Shown: one piece after another, positions 15,763 through 30,700 of the stretch
Position numbering within the stretch: position 1 is the first letter of the stretch
How the letters are laid out: every line of letters starts with the position of its first letter
Assembly: GCA_900551145.1 (NCBI GenBank)
Contig: URUQ01000001.1
Coordinates: 1-46,796, forward strand
Direction: 5' to 3'
From: an uncultured Eubacteriales bacterium
GTDB lineage: Bacteria; Bacillota; Clostridia; Christensenellales; CAG-917
Length of the DNA: 46,796 nucleotides
Position numbers and translations under genes: made by a program
Notes under the pieces: generated by a model
The model's database searches: none
Seen by the model: only the letters and a program-made list of their open reading frames with translations
What the model was told of the DNA's origin: nothing

Positions 15763-18700
15763 AATACGTCCTCGGGCGACAACAGCACTACGCCTGTTAT
15801 CCCGACACCGAATCCCGGCGGGGACATCGTCGACAACAAGACGATGCTCGATTCGCAGATTGCATGGCAATTGTTTAAGACGGTTGCACTCAATGCGGGA
15901 GCGGAAAGCAGTAGAGGCAGTCGTTACATATCGGTCGACACGACGTTCATACTCGGTTTCCAAAAAGACTCGTACGATTCTCTCGTGACGATGCGCTTTG
16001 CCGGTAAGATCGATACGGAAGCCAATTCGCAAGCCGACGACACTAGCGAAATCCTCGTTGAGTTCAGACAATTCAAAAACGACGAACTCGGCGACGCGAC
16101 GGTGGACGCGGACAGAATTACGACACTTTCGTCAAGCGGACAGGGCAAACTTCTTTGCGGCGCGTACTACTATGAGGGCAAACTCGTCACCGATATGCGC
16201 GGTCTTAAGAAAGGCGTTCAAGTCGCTTGGACGAAGGATATCGATATGGCCGCGTTCGTTGAGAAATTCAACGGATTGCTCGAAGACCTCAACCTCACGC
16301 AAGTGGTGTTTGACAAGCTCCTCGGCCTCGACGTCGGAGCGCTTATCAAGAAACTTGCGGGTCTCGATCTCGTCAACGTGACGGTGGAACAATTGCTCGT
16401 CAACGTTCTTTTGGGCGGTGCTCGTTCTCGTTATATCGATTACGGCAGCGGACACGCGGCATTGCAAATTCCTATTGACCTCGGCATTATCGTCGGGGCG
16501 ATTCCGCTCGTTCAAGGCTTGATACCCGAAAATATCACGGCTCTCGTAAAACAAATTCTCGGTCTCGATCTCGGCAAGCTCGGCTCTTTGGCCGGTATGG
16601 CTTTGTATCTCGAAGCGGATATCAGAGAGGCGAACACCGATAAGGCAAAACTTACGGGCATCAAGTTTGACATCGACACCAACTTCAATTCTTACGGCGT
16701 AAAAGAAGTCGAAGAAAGATACGGCAAATTCCAAAGCGAAGTCGGTATCTCTTTGGGTTACGCAAAAGCAGACTTTGCGGGCTCTCCCGACATTGACGTA
16801 AAGGGACTTCTTCAAAAACGCACCAAAGACAACGTACCGTTCGAAGACGGTGCGGATACTTCCGATAACTTCTATTCTCACGTTGAAACAAAAATTGCTG
16901 AAAACAAGCAAACTTATTCTCCCCTCACTCTCGATGCGGAAATCAAACTCACGCTTGACCTCAAAGAAGGCAAGTTGACCATTCAAAACGCAATCGACTC
17001 TTTCGGCACGCTCATATCAAATATAATCACCAAAAACGTATCTCCGGAAATGATGGCTTCGCTTTCCAAGTTGTTTGCGAAAGACATCGTTATCAACAAT
17101 CAAAAGATAGAACTTTCCGTCGCGTTGCAAGGCAAGATCAACACCAAGAACCCCAAAGAAACCAAGATTTTGGCGGAAGTTCGCGGTCTTGACAGCAAGA
17201 AGAGACTCGGCGCGTACTATGACGGCTCTCTCGAAGGCGTTTATATAGACGCAAGCGGTGTGCTCGGTGAAAACGGCACGAAGTTCAGAGTGGACGACAT
17301 CAACGTCAACGAACTTCTCGACAGCCTTATCGACAAACTTTTCGACACCATCAAAAACGCTATCAACGGCGATGCAACGGGAAGCGCAAGCTATGCTCAA
17401 CTCCTCGACGATGCGGACATCATTATCGAACACGACACTCTCGCGTCCGACAGCGTAGACACGATGAGCCTCATTTCCGCTATCGTGGAAAAGGTCAAAG
17501 TGGATATGGACGGAAATATTTTCAACATCAAAGGTATTTCCGTGGCACTTACGCAAGACGTCCTCGATATGATCTTCGGTCTTGTATTCACGGGTGACAA
17601 CGCAGGCGCAAAAATTCCGCTCGATTATGCGGAACTCAAATATGAAAACGACGGAGGACAACGCGAAAAACGCCTCGGTCTCACGGCAAAACTCCTTATT
17701 CCCAACTCCGATAGCAATATCAACAACGGTTTGGATTTGACGCTCGGATTGGGCGGTGCAATAACGTTCGGCAACATCAACAATATCGATTATTTCAACG
17801 ACGCTTTCGCATACGTACAAGAACACGCAAACGAGTATTTGCCTATCCTTTCCAACGGTGAACTCAACGCAAACCTCTTGCACGTCAACGTTTCTACGGG
17901 CATCAAGATTGATTTCGAGACGCTCAAAGGCACGCTTGCAGACCTCAAAGTCGATTTGCGCGACCAAGAACTCGGCGATTCGTTCAGAGGTATCCTCATC
18001 GATTTGCTTGTCGAGCTTGGCAACATCAAAGGCGGGCTCAAACTCGACCTCAGCGCGGACATTGACGCAACGGACGGTCTCGACCTCAACGCTATACTCA
18101 AATCCACCGCAAAGATAATCATCTCCAAGTCAAACGGCAACCAAGTGCTTTCACTCTACTTGCAAGACGGCGTTTTGTATCTCGACGCGTCGTTGTTGGG
18201 CAGTATAAAAGTGGACAAAATCAAGGTTGACCTTGCGGAATTGTTGCCCGCACTCGGCGTCGGCGCAAGCACTTCTTCCAAAGACGCTTACGTAGTCGAT
18301 GACGATACGCAGGGCGATGGCCTCGACACCGCGAAACTTATCGGTTTCATCGCGGGCGTGTTCCAAGGCGTCAAGATCGGCAACAACGCAATCGAAGTCG
18401 TCATCGGCGGCGGTATTCTCAACGAGCTTCTCACGATGCTTGGTATCAACAATCCCGCAACGCATTGGTACGACGAAGCGCAAGGCGATTACGTTGAAAT
18501 CGCAAAAACTCCCGCACCCGACGATTATACGGGCAAATATTATTATTTCGACGCTTCCGCCAACAAATACAAGGTGGCAAACGGCATCGATGTCAATTTT
18601 GAAAACTCCGATATCCAAGGCGGTATAAGAATCGCGCTCAACGACGGTCTCAACCTCAGCAAGCTCGAGCTCGGCGTATTCCTCGGACTCGGAAGCAGTC

Positions 18701-21700
18701 TCAACGCGGATATCTCCATTATGGGCATAACCGCAGGTCTTTCCGACCAATGCACCAAATATCTCGACGAGAACGATGCAAACGAATATCTCGAAATCTT
18801 GAAATATCCGTATATCTCTCTCGATTTGAGCCTCGGTCTCGACTTCCACGCGGACGAAGGTACGACTTTGATGCAATTCGGCATCAAGGGTACGCACTAC
18901 TTTGACGAAGAAACGAGACAATTCGTGGAAATCACCAAGGCCACTCCCGTTCCGAACGGTTATCTCGGAAAACTCTACTATTACGACGAGGCGGCAGGTC
19001 AATACGTTCCCGAAACGATAAATACGACGGAATTTACGTTTGAAAGAGATATGAAACTCAATTACGAGTTCCGCCTTGCGGGGCAAATCGATTTGTCGCC
19101 TATCCTCGCGTACTTGTTCGGTTCACCCGAAATCAGCACCAAAGACAACTCCACGTCCTTGCTCATCGAGCTTACGGGTAAGAAATTCGACTACGACCGC
19201 AAGGTTTTGCTCGGTTTGTACTACACGGGTAGCCAACTTTATATCGACGCAAGCAACTTTGGCATCGGCAAAGTCAAAGCCGATGTGGATTTGTATGAAA
19301 TTATCCTCGGATTGCTCGCAAAAGACTCCGTAGTAAGCATCAACGGCAACGGACAAGCGGTTGACGCAATGACGGCGGCGGAAGGTGACGCAACCGACAT
19401 CAAGGCAAAGAGACAACTCGCTTTGTCTATTATCGCTTTGCTCTCTTCAGACAGTCTCAAAATCGAACTTGCAAAAGGTTTGACCGAACTCGTATACGCG
19501 ATCCTCGGCGTTGACGCCAACGACGTCACGGCGTGGCTCGATATCGCTTGGGACAACCTCGAAGCACATGACGGCAAGTTCTTCCGCGTCAGCGGTTCGG
19601 TAAGCAACGTAAGCGGACAAGAAACGGGCGGTGCGGAAATTTACGGTCGTACGGTCAGTATCAATCTTGGCAATAAACAAGGTCCTACACACTGGTATAA
19701 CAACGCTACGGGTGAATATATCGCAGTGGCAGATCAACCCGCGCCCGCAGATTATATCGGAAAATATTATTACAACTGGTTTGGTACGTACAAAGAGTAC
19801 TCAACCGAAATTTTGATCGACCACAACGGTGAAAGCGTGCCGATGGGCAAATACTTGCAAGACAACGCCTTCGAGGACGCAAGCTTGTTCAACGAAAACG
19901 GCGACGTGACCATTCCCAGTATTTACGCGGAGATTAAGGGCACGATTTCCATCGGCGCAGACGCAGGCAACGACAAGTGGACAATCGGTGAATGGATTTC
20001 CAACTTCCTCGGCGACGACAACCCGAGCCTCAAATCCTTCATCGGTGATTTGCTCTTGCAATTCAACACACCGGTTGCGGCAGGTTCGGACATCGGTTTC
20101 CGTATCGCGCTCAACGCACGCCTCAATCCCGAAGTGCCTATCGATTTGTCGCAAAACGTTTACTATGTAAAACACGTTTTGACCACTCCGATTGCTTTGA
20201 CGAACGACTTCGATTACGTCGAAGTATACAAAATCGACGAAGCGGGCAAGAAATACGTTCTTTTGACGCAAGACGAGCGCAACACATATACGGGACAAGT
20301 GTTTGTCAAGTACTATAAGACAGATGGTATTGCGCTTGCCGAAACCAAACACGACGTCGCATTCAGAGGCGAAGCGTTTATTATCAAAGGTGACGCGGCG
20401 GTCAAGATTAACGTCACGGACGATAACGCAGAGAAGTACAAAGACGTGGCACTCTATTCGGCGGCGTCATTCCTCGATATCGCATATATACTCTCTCACA
20501 GCGACCTCGCAATCGAGATTTACAATGCAAGTATCGAAGATATCGACGGTATGAGCAACGCTCAAAAACTCGAAAAAGTTATCCTCGCACTACGCGTCGT
20601 TTATGCGGGTGAAGAGAACGGAAAGAGCGTAAGCACTCTCTATCTCGACATCAAAAACGACTTCCACCTTGCACTCACCAACATGCCGCTCGGTGACTTG
20701 CTCGGAGGTTTGCTCACGTCTTCGGATAGCACGGCAACGACCTCAGACGATACGCCCGATAATAACGCGAAGCCCGACATTATGGGCATTATCGGCTCAT
20801 CCCTCGGCAACCTCATCAGCCGTATCGGTATCGGCGAGGACAAAGTAAAAGTCAACTTTGCACAAGCGCTCGTAGCAACGCTCGTCAGTATGATATCCGG
20901 CAAACAAATTTCCGCGGACAACTTCCTCAAACTCGACTCCGACAACAGTTATCTCGCGTTTATGTGGAACAACGACTCTCCGTGGAAGAGCAACTATAAA
21001 CTTGACCTCAAAGTCAAGGCAGACCCTCTTTCTCTCGGTATCACGCTCAGCGGAATTGATATCGAAATCGGCAAAGACAACGGTGTTTTGCCCGAAGATT
21101 TCGACGCGTCCGTATACACGAGTTTTGAAAACCTCAATACTCTCTCTCTCAACGTCGAACTCGGTCTCGAACTCGGTCTCAAAAAGCAAGACGAGGAAAT
21201 CCGTCTTGAAAAATACATTGACCTTCTTATCAAGGATCTCGGTCTTAAACTCGGCATCGACTTCAAGGACGACGTATCGTACAAGATAGGTTTGACGGTT
21301 GGCGCAAACCTCGTTCTTAACGAAGCAAACGCGTCGAGAATGATTGTCGAAATCAAAAACGAAAATAACGGAGAAAGCATTCTTTCCGTGTACGTCGACG
21401 GCGGAGATATATACTTCGACTTCGGTGAACTCGGCGGAAACAAACCGTTCTATCTCAAAAATACCAACCTCAGCGAAGTCGTTTGCAACTACGTTAAGAA
21501 ATTGCTCGGCGACCTCAACAGCGTTGTAGGCAAGGGCGGAAACGACGCTTCCACGGCGGCAGATACCGCTGAACTGAGCGCAGACGAAAAGATGCAACTC
21601 ATTTTGGGTATCTCGGAAGGTAAACTCAGCGTTCTCGTTATGGAAAACGTCATCGTTGGGCTTATTGCGGCGATTACGTCCGGCACGAGCGGCGATATCG

Positions 21701-24700
21701 ACATCGCAAAGGTCCTCGAAGAGTTTGATCTCGACTTGTCCGTTGCGGTTGATTTCCAACTCGACCCCAGCCTCAGACTCGACCTCAACGTCGACAGCAA
21801 CCTAATCAACGTCGGTATCGGCGTCAAAGACATTGCATTGGCAACGGGCAACGACACGCAAACTCGCAAAACGATAGACGCCAAGGTTGACACAATCGTA
21901 AACAGCGGTAGATTTAAAGAGCTCACCGACGCACACATCATTGCAGTGGATTTGAGCCTCATCGTCGACTACTACGGCAGTGCAACGTACACCTATGTGG
22001 ACGATGAAAGAGCATTGAACAGAATCAATCCTGCCGAAAGATACTCGCTCAATGCGCACGACAACAGATTCGTACAAGACAACGACGGACGTTATATACG
22101 CGAAGGCTTTACGTTTGACAAACTTCTCGACGTAATCCTCGGAATGCAAGGCCTTGAAAGCATTACCAAGATGATGCTTCCGCAAATCCTCATATCCACG
22201 GCAAACAAGGAACTCGGTTTCACAACCGTAAAAGACGCGTTCAGCGTGGGCGATTTGCTCCAAAGATTGGGATTGTCTCTTGCGCTCACCGACAAAGTGG
22301 ACGACGGATTCAAACTCGATATCAACGCGCGTCTCAATCTCGAAGCTATGGGAATGAACGACTTGTCGCAACTCGATATCAAGAACCTCAATCTCGGTCT
22401 TGAAACGATTTTGGCAGGACTCGAGGCGCACATAGGCATCGATTTCACGTACGAACTCGGCGCGGCAAGCACCGCCAAGCTCGACATCTATCTCATAGAC
22501 GGCAGAATTTACGTCGACGCATCAGGTATCGGCGGTCCGCGCGTTCAAGTGGACTTGCTCGATTTGCTCGATTCTCTCGGCGTAGAACTCGCATCCTCTT
22601 CCTCGGATGCAATAATTGCAGACGGTGAAACTCCAAGCGATGATTCGACAAAAGATAATAATACTTCCGTTGACGTGGTTGGCATTGTCAACAAGCTCAT
22701 CAAGAATATTATCATCACCGCAAAACCGTGGGATGCGGGCTCTTTGGAGAACGGCAACAGAATAGACAACGTCGGCATCTTCTTCAGAAGCAACGCAATC
22801 AACGAGTTGCTCTCATTGTTGCTCAAGACCACCATCGAGTCCGACCAAGTGGTGCTTGACGAAAGCAACAGCGGATTGTATCTCTATCCGCAAACGGATA
22901 TGTTCGGCGACGACATGCTCGCTTTGAGACTCAGAGCGTCCCTCGCCAACAAGAAAGATCCGATATGGATTGCAAATGGTGAAGATTATCAACAATACAC
23001 GATGGATTTGGTGCTTGCACTCAACGCTCAAATAGGGCTTGAAAGCACTTCGGGCAACGAAGAAGGTATGCTCGATATCGACGAACGTCGCCAATTCATC
23101 TCACTCAACGAGTATGTCGAAAACATTCTCGGGCTTGTCAACGGCTTTAGAGACGAAATTTACTCCGTTGAAAAGACTCCGCTCGAAAACGGCATATACT
23201 ATGTCTTCAACGAAGATGCAAACGGCAACTATATCCTCAAATCCGGCATGTATCGTCCTATCAACGAAGGCGAAAATATTGCAGAAGGCACAAAACGTTA
23301 TTCTCGCGGTTATGCAACGATAGTAGGCCGCTATGTCGAAAACGCAGAGGGTGAATATATCCTCGACGCAACCAACGGCACCTATCGACTTATCTCAAAC
23401 GGCGAGGATGTAAGCGGCAAGCAACGTTATGCTTTTGTCGAAGAGGTTTATGCACTCACCTACGAAGAGGATGTCAACGGCGAATACGTCTACAACGAAG
23501 AAAAGGGTGTATATGTAAATAAGAATAGTGCGGACGCACCCGCAGGCGCGACAAAATATTATACGCGCACGATGACGGCTATCAAGGTTACGGATGAAAA
23601 CGGCAACGAAACAGTCGCAACCGTCAAAGACGTCAAAGTATATAAGAGAGCGGAAAAAGCGGTATATCAAGACCAAAACATCGGCTTGAGCGTAAGCGGT
23701 CTTATCTACTTCAATTCCGGCAGTGCGGAAACCACCAACGCAGGCGGTCTTATCAGCAACCTCTTTGGCGATATGATCATCAATTTGCAAACCAAGTCCG
23801 CATTTAACGCAGGTATCGGTGTGAGAATTTCCGCCAACGTTGACCTTGCGGCACTTGACTTGCTCGGCTTGATCTCGGGCGGTTCCATCGAGTCGTTTAT
23901 CGCAAACAGCGACCTTGATAAGGTGGAACTTGCAATCGAGTTTATCGAAGTGGACGAATACGGCTTCTTTGCAGAGTACGCAAACGGCGAGAAGAAAGTC
24001 CTCGGCGGATTGTACCTCAATCACGGTACTCTCTATCTCGACCTCACGGAAGTAGTCGACACGGCAGAAAACTACTCCAAGATCGACAACTTCGTTGATT
24101 TTGCAAAGAAAATCATCGATAAATTCCAGAAAGACGACGGACAAGGTCAAGATGCGACAGTTGCGGCGGACGTTCAGGAAATCAGTGCGGAACGTGCAAG
24201 TGCGGTAAGAGACGCAATGGTATTGCTCGCATACAGCGACGCTCAATTCCAAATTCAATTGACGCGCGCTTTGCTCGCATTCGTCATTTCTTCCTTCATG
24301 CCCGACCTCGGCTCTATCGAGGAAGTGTTCGACGTGTTCAATATTTCTCTCGGCGTTGACCTCGGCAGAGCGGAATTCAAGAAGATTTCCGACTTGTCTC
24401 CCGAAGAACAGGCCAAATTCGACAACGAATACAAAGGCGACAGATACAAACTCAACAATTCCACCGATCCGGAAGTCCAAGACACGTATTACGTGGAAGT
24501 GACAGACCTCGACGCATACTATCGCACCGAGAAGGGTGACTATTACTCGGCGGACAGCATGATACTCTATACCGGCGTCGACAATTATGTGGAAATCTCC
24601 AAAGTAGAAGCGTCCTCTTACACGGGTGCTATCTACAAAGCGGACGGCGAAAACTACGTCGAGCTTGCGGAAGGCGAGAAAGACACCTACGAAGGCACGA

Positions 24701-27700
24701 TGTACAAGAAAGTAACGACGTACGTCATCACGAGCAAGTACGAAGCGGGCAAGACCTATATCGCGCCCAACTCCAAGTACGAACTCATCACGGGCGTCGC
24801 ATACGGCAAATACATCAATAAGAACGACGACTATTACGGTCTTGTGAAGTTCGGTGAAGTCGAACAAAAGGTAAATCTTAGAAACTATAAGTTGTACGTG
24901 TACGACGGAAGCGCGCGCGTAGAAACGGATACGTTTATCAAAGATACCGAAAATAACTACTTCACCTACGTTATGTACAACGGTGAGCCCGTCAAGATCG
25001 AAAGCATTTACAAATATCAATTCGGATACGTCAAAGATCCGAACGGTGAATATTACCGCACGGTAACGTTGTTCGATTATATCAGCGAGTACTACCTCGG
25101 TCTCGATATCGCAATAGGTTGCGTCAATATGGGTCTCAAACTCGGCGGTTTGGATATCACCATCGGCGCAGGCAAGGAATTGTTGCCCGATTATATCCGT
25201 GACCAAAAGGCGCACTCCTACGTCAAAGACGGTGAAGAATACCTCTACACAAGCGACATTCCCGAAGAGGATATGGCACTTGTCGGCGAAGTCAAGACCA
25301 ATCCGTTCTATGACACAATCATCACGTTGTCTTTCTCTGTCGAATTCGAACTCGGCATCACCGAAGGCACGCTTGATTTCGGCCAAATTTTGAGCAATAT
25401 CATCGGCAACCTCGCGGGTATCGTGGTTGAAATGCCCTCTACTACGAAGGGTTATTCTTCCGCGCACTTCCGCCTCGACGTATCGCTTATGGTCGACATC
25501 TACGACCTCACCAAGTCCGAACTCAAACTCGAACTCATCAATATCACGGAGTCCGGTTATGAGAGCTTGTGGCTCGGTGCATACTATGTCAACAACACAA
25601 TCTATCTCAACCTCGAAGAAGCGTTCAATATCCAAAAAGTCGCAATCGGCGGTCTTAATATCGCGGAGATACTTGAAGACTACATCATCGATTTCGAAAC
25701 AACCGACGAATACTTCGATTACACCGACAAGACGGCTACGAGTTCCACCAAAGACGCATTCATAGCGTCCGACGACGCAACCACGGGTGACGATATCGAT
25801 TTCAGCAACAAAGACCTCGCTCTTGCAATCCTCATCAACAAGGATTTGCTTACCGTTGCGATCGGCGATATGCTCTTCGACACCATTCTCGAATATATCC
25901 CCGAAAGTTTGCTCGGCTTCGATATCAAAGACTTGTTCTATCAAGAGATCAACGGCAGTTTGCAACTCAAACTCGACACGGCAAACAAGATCAACCTCGA
26001 AGTTTCCGCAACCCTCGGTCTCGACGGTGAAAGATTCAATGCAGTCGGCACAGACAAAGTGACGCAAGCGGACGATCTCGCATCGGCAAAACTTTACGTG
26101 TTCCAACCGAGCACTACGGGCAACTTCGTATCGGGCAACGCCGGTCAATACTTCCGTGCAATCGCTCCCGGCAAAGACAAAGACGTCTTGGCAAGCGAAA
26201 GATACGAGAGATTTAGAATAGTCGAATACAACCCCGTAACCAAGGAAATCGTCGCAAAGAGAGTAATCGATAACAACAAGGGCGACGGTTCTGAAGTCCT
26301 TGACAGTGCAGAGAATATCTTCCCGCTCGCAGACACCAAGATTTACGAATTCGTAGCGGGAGCACAAGCCAACAAGTCCTACGTTTCCGACGGCGCGAAG
26401 TACGACACCACGCTCGAACTTTCTTTGGCAATCAAAGACCTCGACGTAGCGTTCACCAATTCTCGTACATACGTTTTGAGCGGTGATGAACTTGCAGAAT
26501 ATACCAACTTTGACGACGTAGACCGTTTCACGCTCGAAGAGACTATCGATATCTCCACGAGCTTCAAATACGGCAGCGACATCGATTTGAGCGTCGTGCT
26601 CGAAACACTCTTGCCGGGATTGAGCGGTGAAGATTTGCTCAAAATCAAGGCAGAGTCCGACACGAAGGGCGACGTAAACCGTTCGCTCCAACTCGTCGTA
26701 AAGGCGGATATCCAAATAGCGGCATTGCTCAACTATTTCCGCACCGAACTCGTCAAATACGTAGGAGACGACGACCAATTCGACGGAGATATGGACTTGT
26801 TTGTGGTTATTGATCTGCTCAAAAAAGTTCTCGATCAATTCGGTCAATCCGCTTTGACCGAGCTTGTAGCAAACATCGCAAGCTTTGTCAATCTCAGCGT
26901 AGTTCTTCAAACCAAGGGCGGTAACGATGCGGACTATCACGATTTGCTCGGCATTTATATGGCGGGCGGTACGTTTGAATTGCTCACCGACGCGGATATC
27001 GACGATCCGACGAGCGAAGATTATATCGCGCCGAGCGAGAGATTCGACCACTACTTCGAGACGAAGAACGGCAGTTACTATCTTGATTCCGACGGCAAAT
27101 ACAAACTCATCGAATCCGGCGAATACGCAGGCACCAGATACTCTTACGATTCGAGCTATTGCTACAGCAACGAAAAGGGTAGATACAAACGAGTCAACGG
27201 CGGTTTGTTCATCGATTTGAGCTACTTCAACATTCCGAGCGTAAAAGTGGATGCAAACGAAGTGCGCAAGCTTGTTTCCAGCCTCTTCACGGCGGGAACG
27301 ACGCAATCAGACGCAATCGCATCGGATGACGAACAACCAGAAGAAAAGCCGGAGGATAAACAAGATATATCCTTCCCGCTTGTAAAAGACGACACCATTC
27401 TTGAATATATCAGAGCGTTTGCATACGGATTGCAAATCACGTCCAGATATGTCAGAGTGCTGGCGCAACCCGACTATATCAACAAACTCCTTACTCTCCT
27501 TATGGGTGAGGACGCAATCCAATTCGACGATAGCGAATTCCGCAACAAACCGGCTGTTACGCTCTACACGGACAATACAAGATATTCTTACGAGCATAGA
27601 GCAGACGTCATCAATGCTTTCAAAGAGGAAGTCAAGGACATGACCGACCACACGACGCCCGCATACATCAAAGCGCGCAAAGAATTGGTCGGCGAGCTCG

Positions 27701-30700
27701 AACGCTCCAGAAACCTCTTTAGAATCCAGCCGTACAACGACGCAAGCAAGGGTTTGTACTATCTCGACGAGGACGGCGCGTACGTACAAAAATCCGATAT
27801 GTCCGCTGCTGATCGCGAGGCATACGACAAACTCGTCAACGCAGGCACGAAGGCTTACTACGACATCACCATGGTGACGACGTATATCCAAGTCGCAGGC
27901 ACTTACATCCCGTACGCGGACGCAAATCAATCTCAAATCAACAGTAGCGTTAATAACACCGAGATGAGAAACACCTATGGTGTGTCTATCCCCGAATTGT
28001 ACGTGTATGACGAGGCAAGTAAGACGTACGCCGTAGCGGACGACGGTGTATACAGCATTGTCAAACCGCTCGAAGCACGCAACGCATTCCTCGAAATCAA
28101 CCTCTACTTGTGGGATTACGAAGTATCTCTCAGCATTCTTGCACCCAAACTTGGCGTAACCAAATTCCATTACGTTACGGGTGAAGAGGTAGAGAACGCT
28201 CCGTATTACATCACCAACCCCGCAGAAGGCGCACGCTACGTCGACACAGACGAAATCATTTACACCAGCGTCGATAAAGAAGCGGACGGTTTTGATGGTT
28301 GGAAACTCGATTACGACGACGCAGACGGCAAGTTCAGCGTTGATAAGTATCTTGCTTCACCGCGTTATTACGAGTATAAGAACAAATATTACGTCATCGA
28401 CAATAACACCTTGTACGTAAAAGACCAAAACACCAATACGTATGAGCTTGCAACCAAGTACGGTGCATTCCCCGACTATCTCGCAGGCATTGCGCAAGGC
28501 AAGACGTATTACGTCTCCACGGGCGTTTCCTATACGGAAATTCAAAGAACGTTCATCTATAAGCAAGAGAAGTACAACACGCAAAAGAAGGTTCTCCTCT
28601 CCGATTTGCGCAAACAACTCCTTGCAAGCGGTATGAGCGAGGCAGAAGTCGACGAACAACTCAAAAAGTACGATCTCGACAAGAGCAGTTACTGGTTCAA
28701 AGTGCAACAAGACAGCAAGATTTTGCCGCCTGATTTCAGCGATGCGAAGTATGCGGATTACGAGTACAAAGAATATGTCGACACCGAAGACTTCTACTAC
28801 TTGTCATTGGCGCTTTGCGGAAGCCTCTTCTTGCAAGCGGGCAAGATCTACTTTGCTTACAACGACTACAAGCAAGTCTACAACACTCTTAACAATCCCA
28901 CCGGCGACCAAAATGCGGACGTCGAAATGGCTGTCCTCAAGAAGATCGCATACAAGAAGTATCACGGTGACTACGTACAAGTAACAGACGAGACCGAAAT
29001 CGAGGCTCTCAAAGACGCGGGACAACTCTACGTCTGGGTAAACAGCGCACTCGGTGACGGTTACGCAGGCATCAACGAGGCACTCGGTGACGTGCTCGGA
29101 GCGTTGCTCGGCAACCTGAAGGGCAAGTTCCAAGTGACGGAAGATATGACTTTCAACGTCTACTTCACGTTGCGCCTCAATCTCGGCTTCAAACTCTACA
29201 TTTTGCCGTCCTTCGGTATCGATATCCGCGACCTTGACGTTGCAATCGATATTTGGGGCGAACAAAACGACAAACTCGAAAACGGCGGATACGTATCCTC
29301 CGAAGACAGAGATAACAAGAATTACGAAGGCAAGTTGCTTGACGGCACCAAACCTCACATTCTCGGTATCTACTACAACAACGACCAAGAGACGGGCAAA
29401 GCAGGCTTGTATCTCGACCTCGAAGCGTTGCTCGGCAAAGACGCAAAACTCTACGTCGATATGAGTAGTTATTCGCTTGAATCATTGCTCACAGGACTCG
29501 TGGCAGGTTTCAACATCGACGCAGACGCATCGACGGCGGACGACAATACCGATAAGTACAATCCCGACAAGCAAGGTTCGGACGCGGTAAGTTTGTATCT
29601 CAACTTCTTTACGAATGCAATCGCACTCAACGTGACCTCCGGCTTTGCAAAGGCTCTTATCAGAGAATTGTTGCCCGACAACGCAAGCATCGCGGATATG
29701 CTCCCCAACCTCAAAGTCTACGTAAAACAAAACCTCAATCCGTACGACCTGACGATAGGCGCAATCTTGTTCAACGAACAAGGCGACATCCCCGTTGTCA
29801 ATCTCGGACTCAATATTCAAGGTCTCAACGGTGAGAGAGGCAAGTCCTCTTCAATCGAATTCGGCAGAAAAGAAGATATCCTCGCACGTCAACAAGGCTC
29901 GAATTACATCTTCTATTACGCCAACTTCTACCGTGACAATTCCAATGCGAATTACGACAATTATTACGGCAGAAACTTCGATGAGAAAGACTATATCAAA
30001 CTTTATAGAGGCGCAGACGGCAACGACTACTACGCCAAAGCAGACGGCGGTTATGCATTGACGGCAAAGGCCGACGGCACTTACGACGTACAAGCCATAG
30101 AAAACGGCGGATACGCACTCTACAAAGCGGGCAACGTAAATTATGGTCCGGAAGACAGATTTATGCGTGCCGACACCGTTCTCGAAGAGATCACGGAAAA
30201 CAGAAGATACTCTCTCGGCTCTCCGTATAATACGGAATATCAAAGCGTCGTATACACCGATATCAAAGGTCAATACGTGCTTGTCCAAGAGAAACTCAAC
30301 AACCTCACGAGCAGTGAATACAGATACCTTGCACTCAGCAAGCAATTTGCGGCTTTCAACGGCACGCTCTACGTTATCGACAAAGACGCCAACTACGTAA
30401 GAGTCAACAAGACCCAAATCCAAGGTTTCACGGGTTCGGGCAGCTTGCAATACGCACTCGAAGGCACGTATAACGCAAACGCAAGCGAAATCGCAAGAGC
30501 AGTCTCTTATAACGGCGCAACGTACTACCCGATCGACCCCGATAACAACGGTTACACGGATATGTACGAAGCGGACGGTTTCACTGCGTATACGAGCGGT
30601 GCAATAGTAAATAGAACGGGCTTGGTCTACACTGGCGAATTGTACGTGAAGAACGCAAAGGGCGGTTATGACAATGCAAACGTCAAAGTCGGCGACACGC

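Noticed and set aside
23395-27306. 1,303-aa minus-strand ORF inside the giant gene
   Set aside because: It is in exact codon register with the sense frame, so it is open only because sense TTA/CTA/TCA codons are absent. It has no RBS or promoter, and its composition is V/F/R/C/D-rich nonsense. The sense strand carries the coherent repeat architecture.
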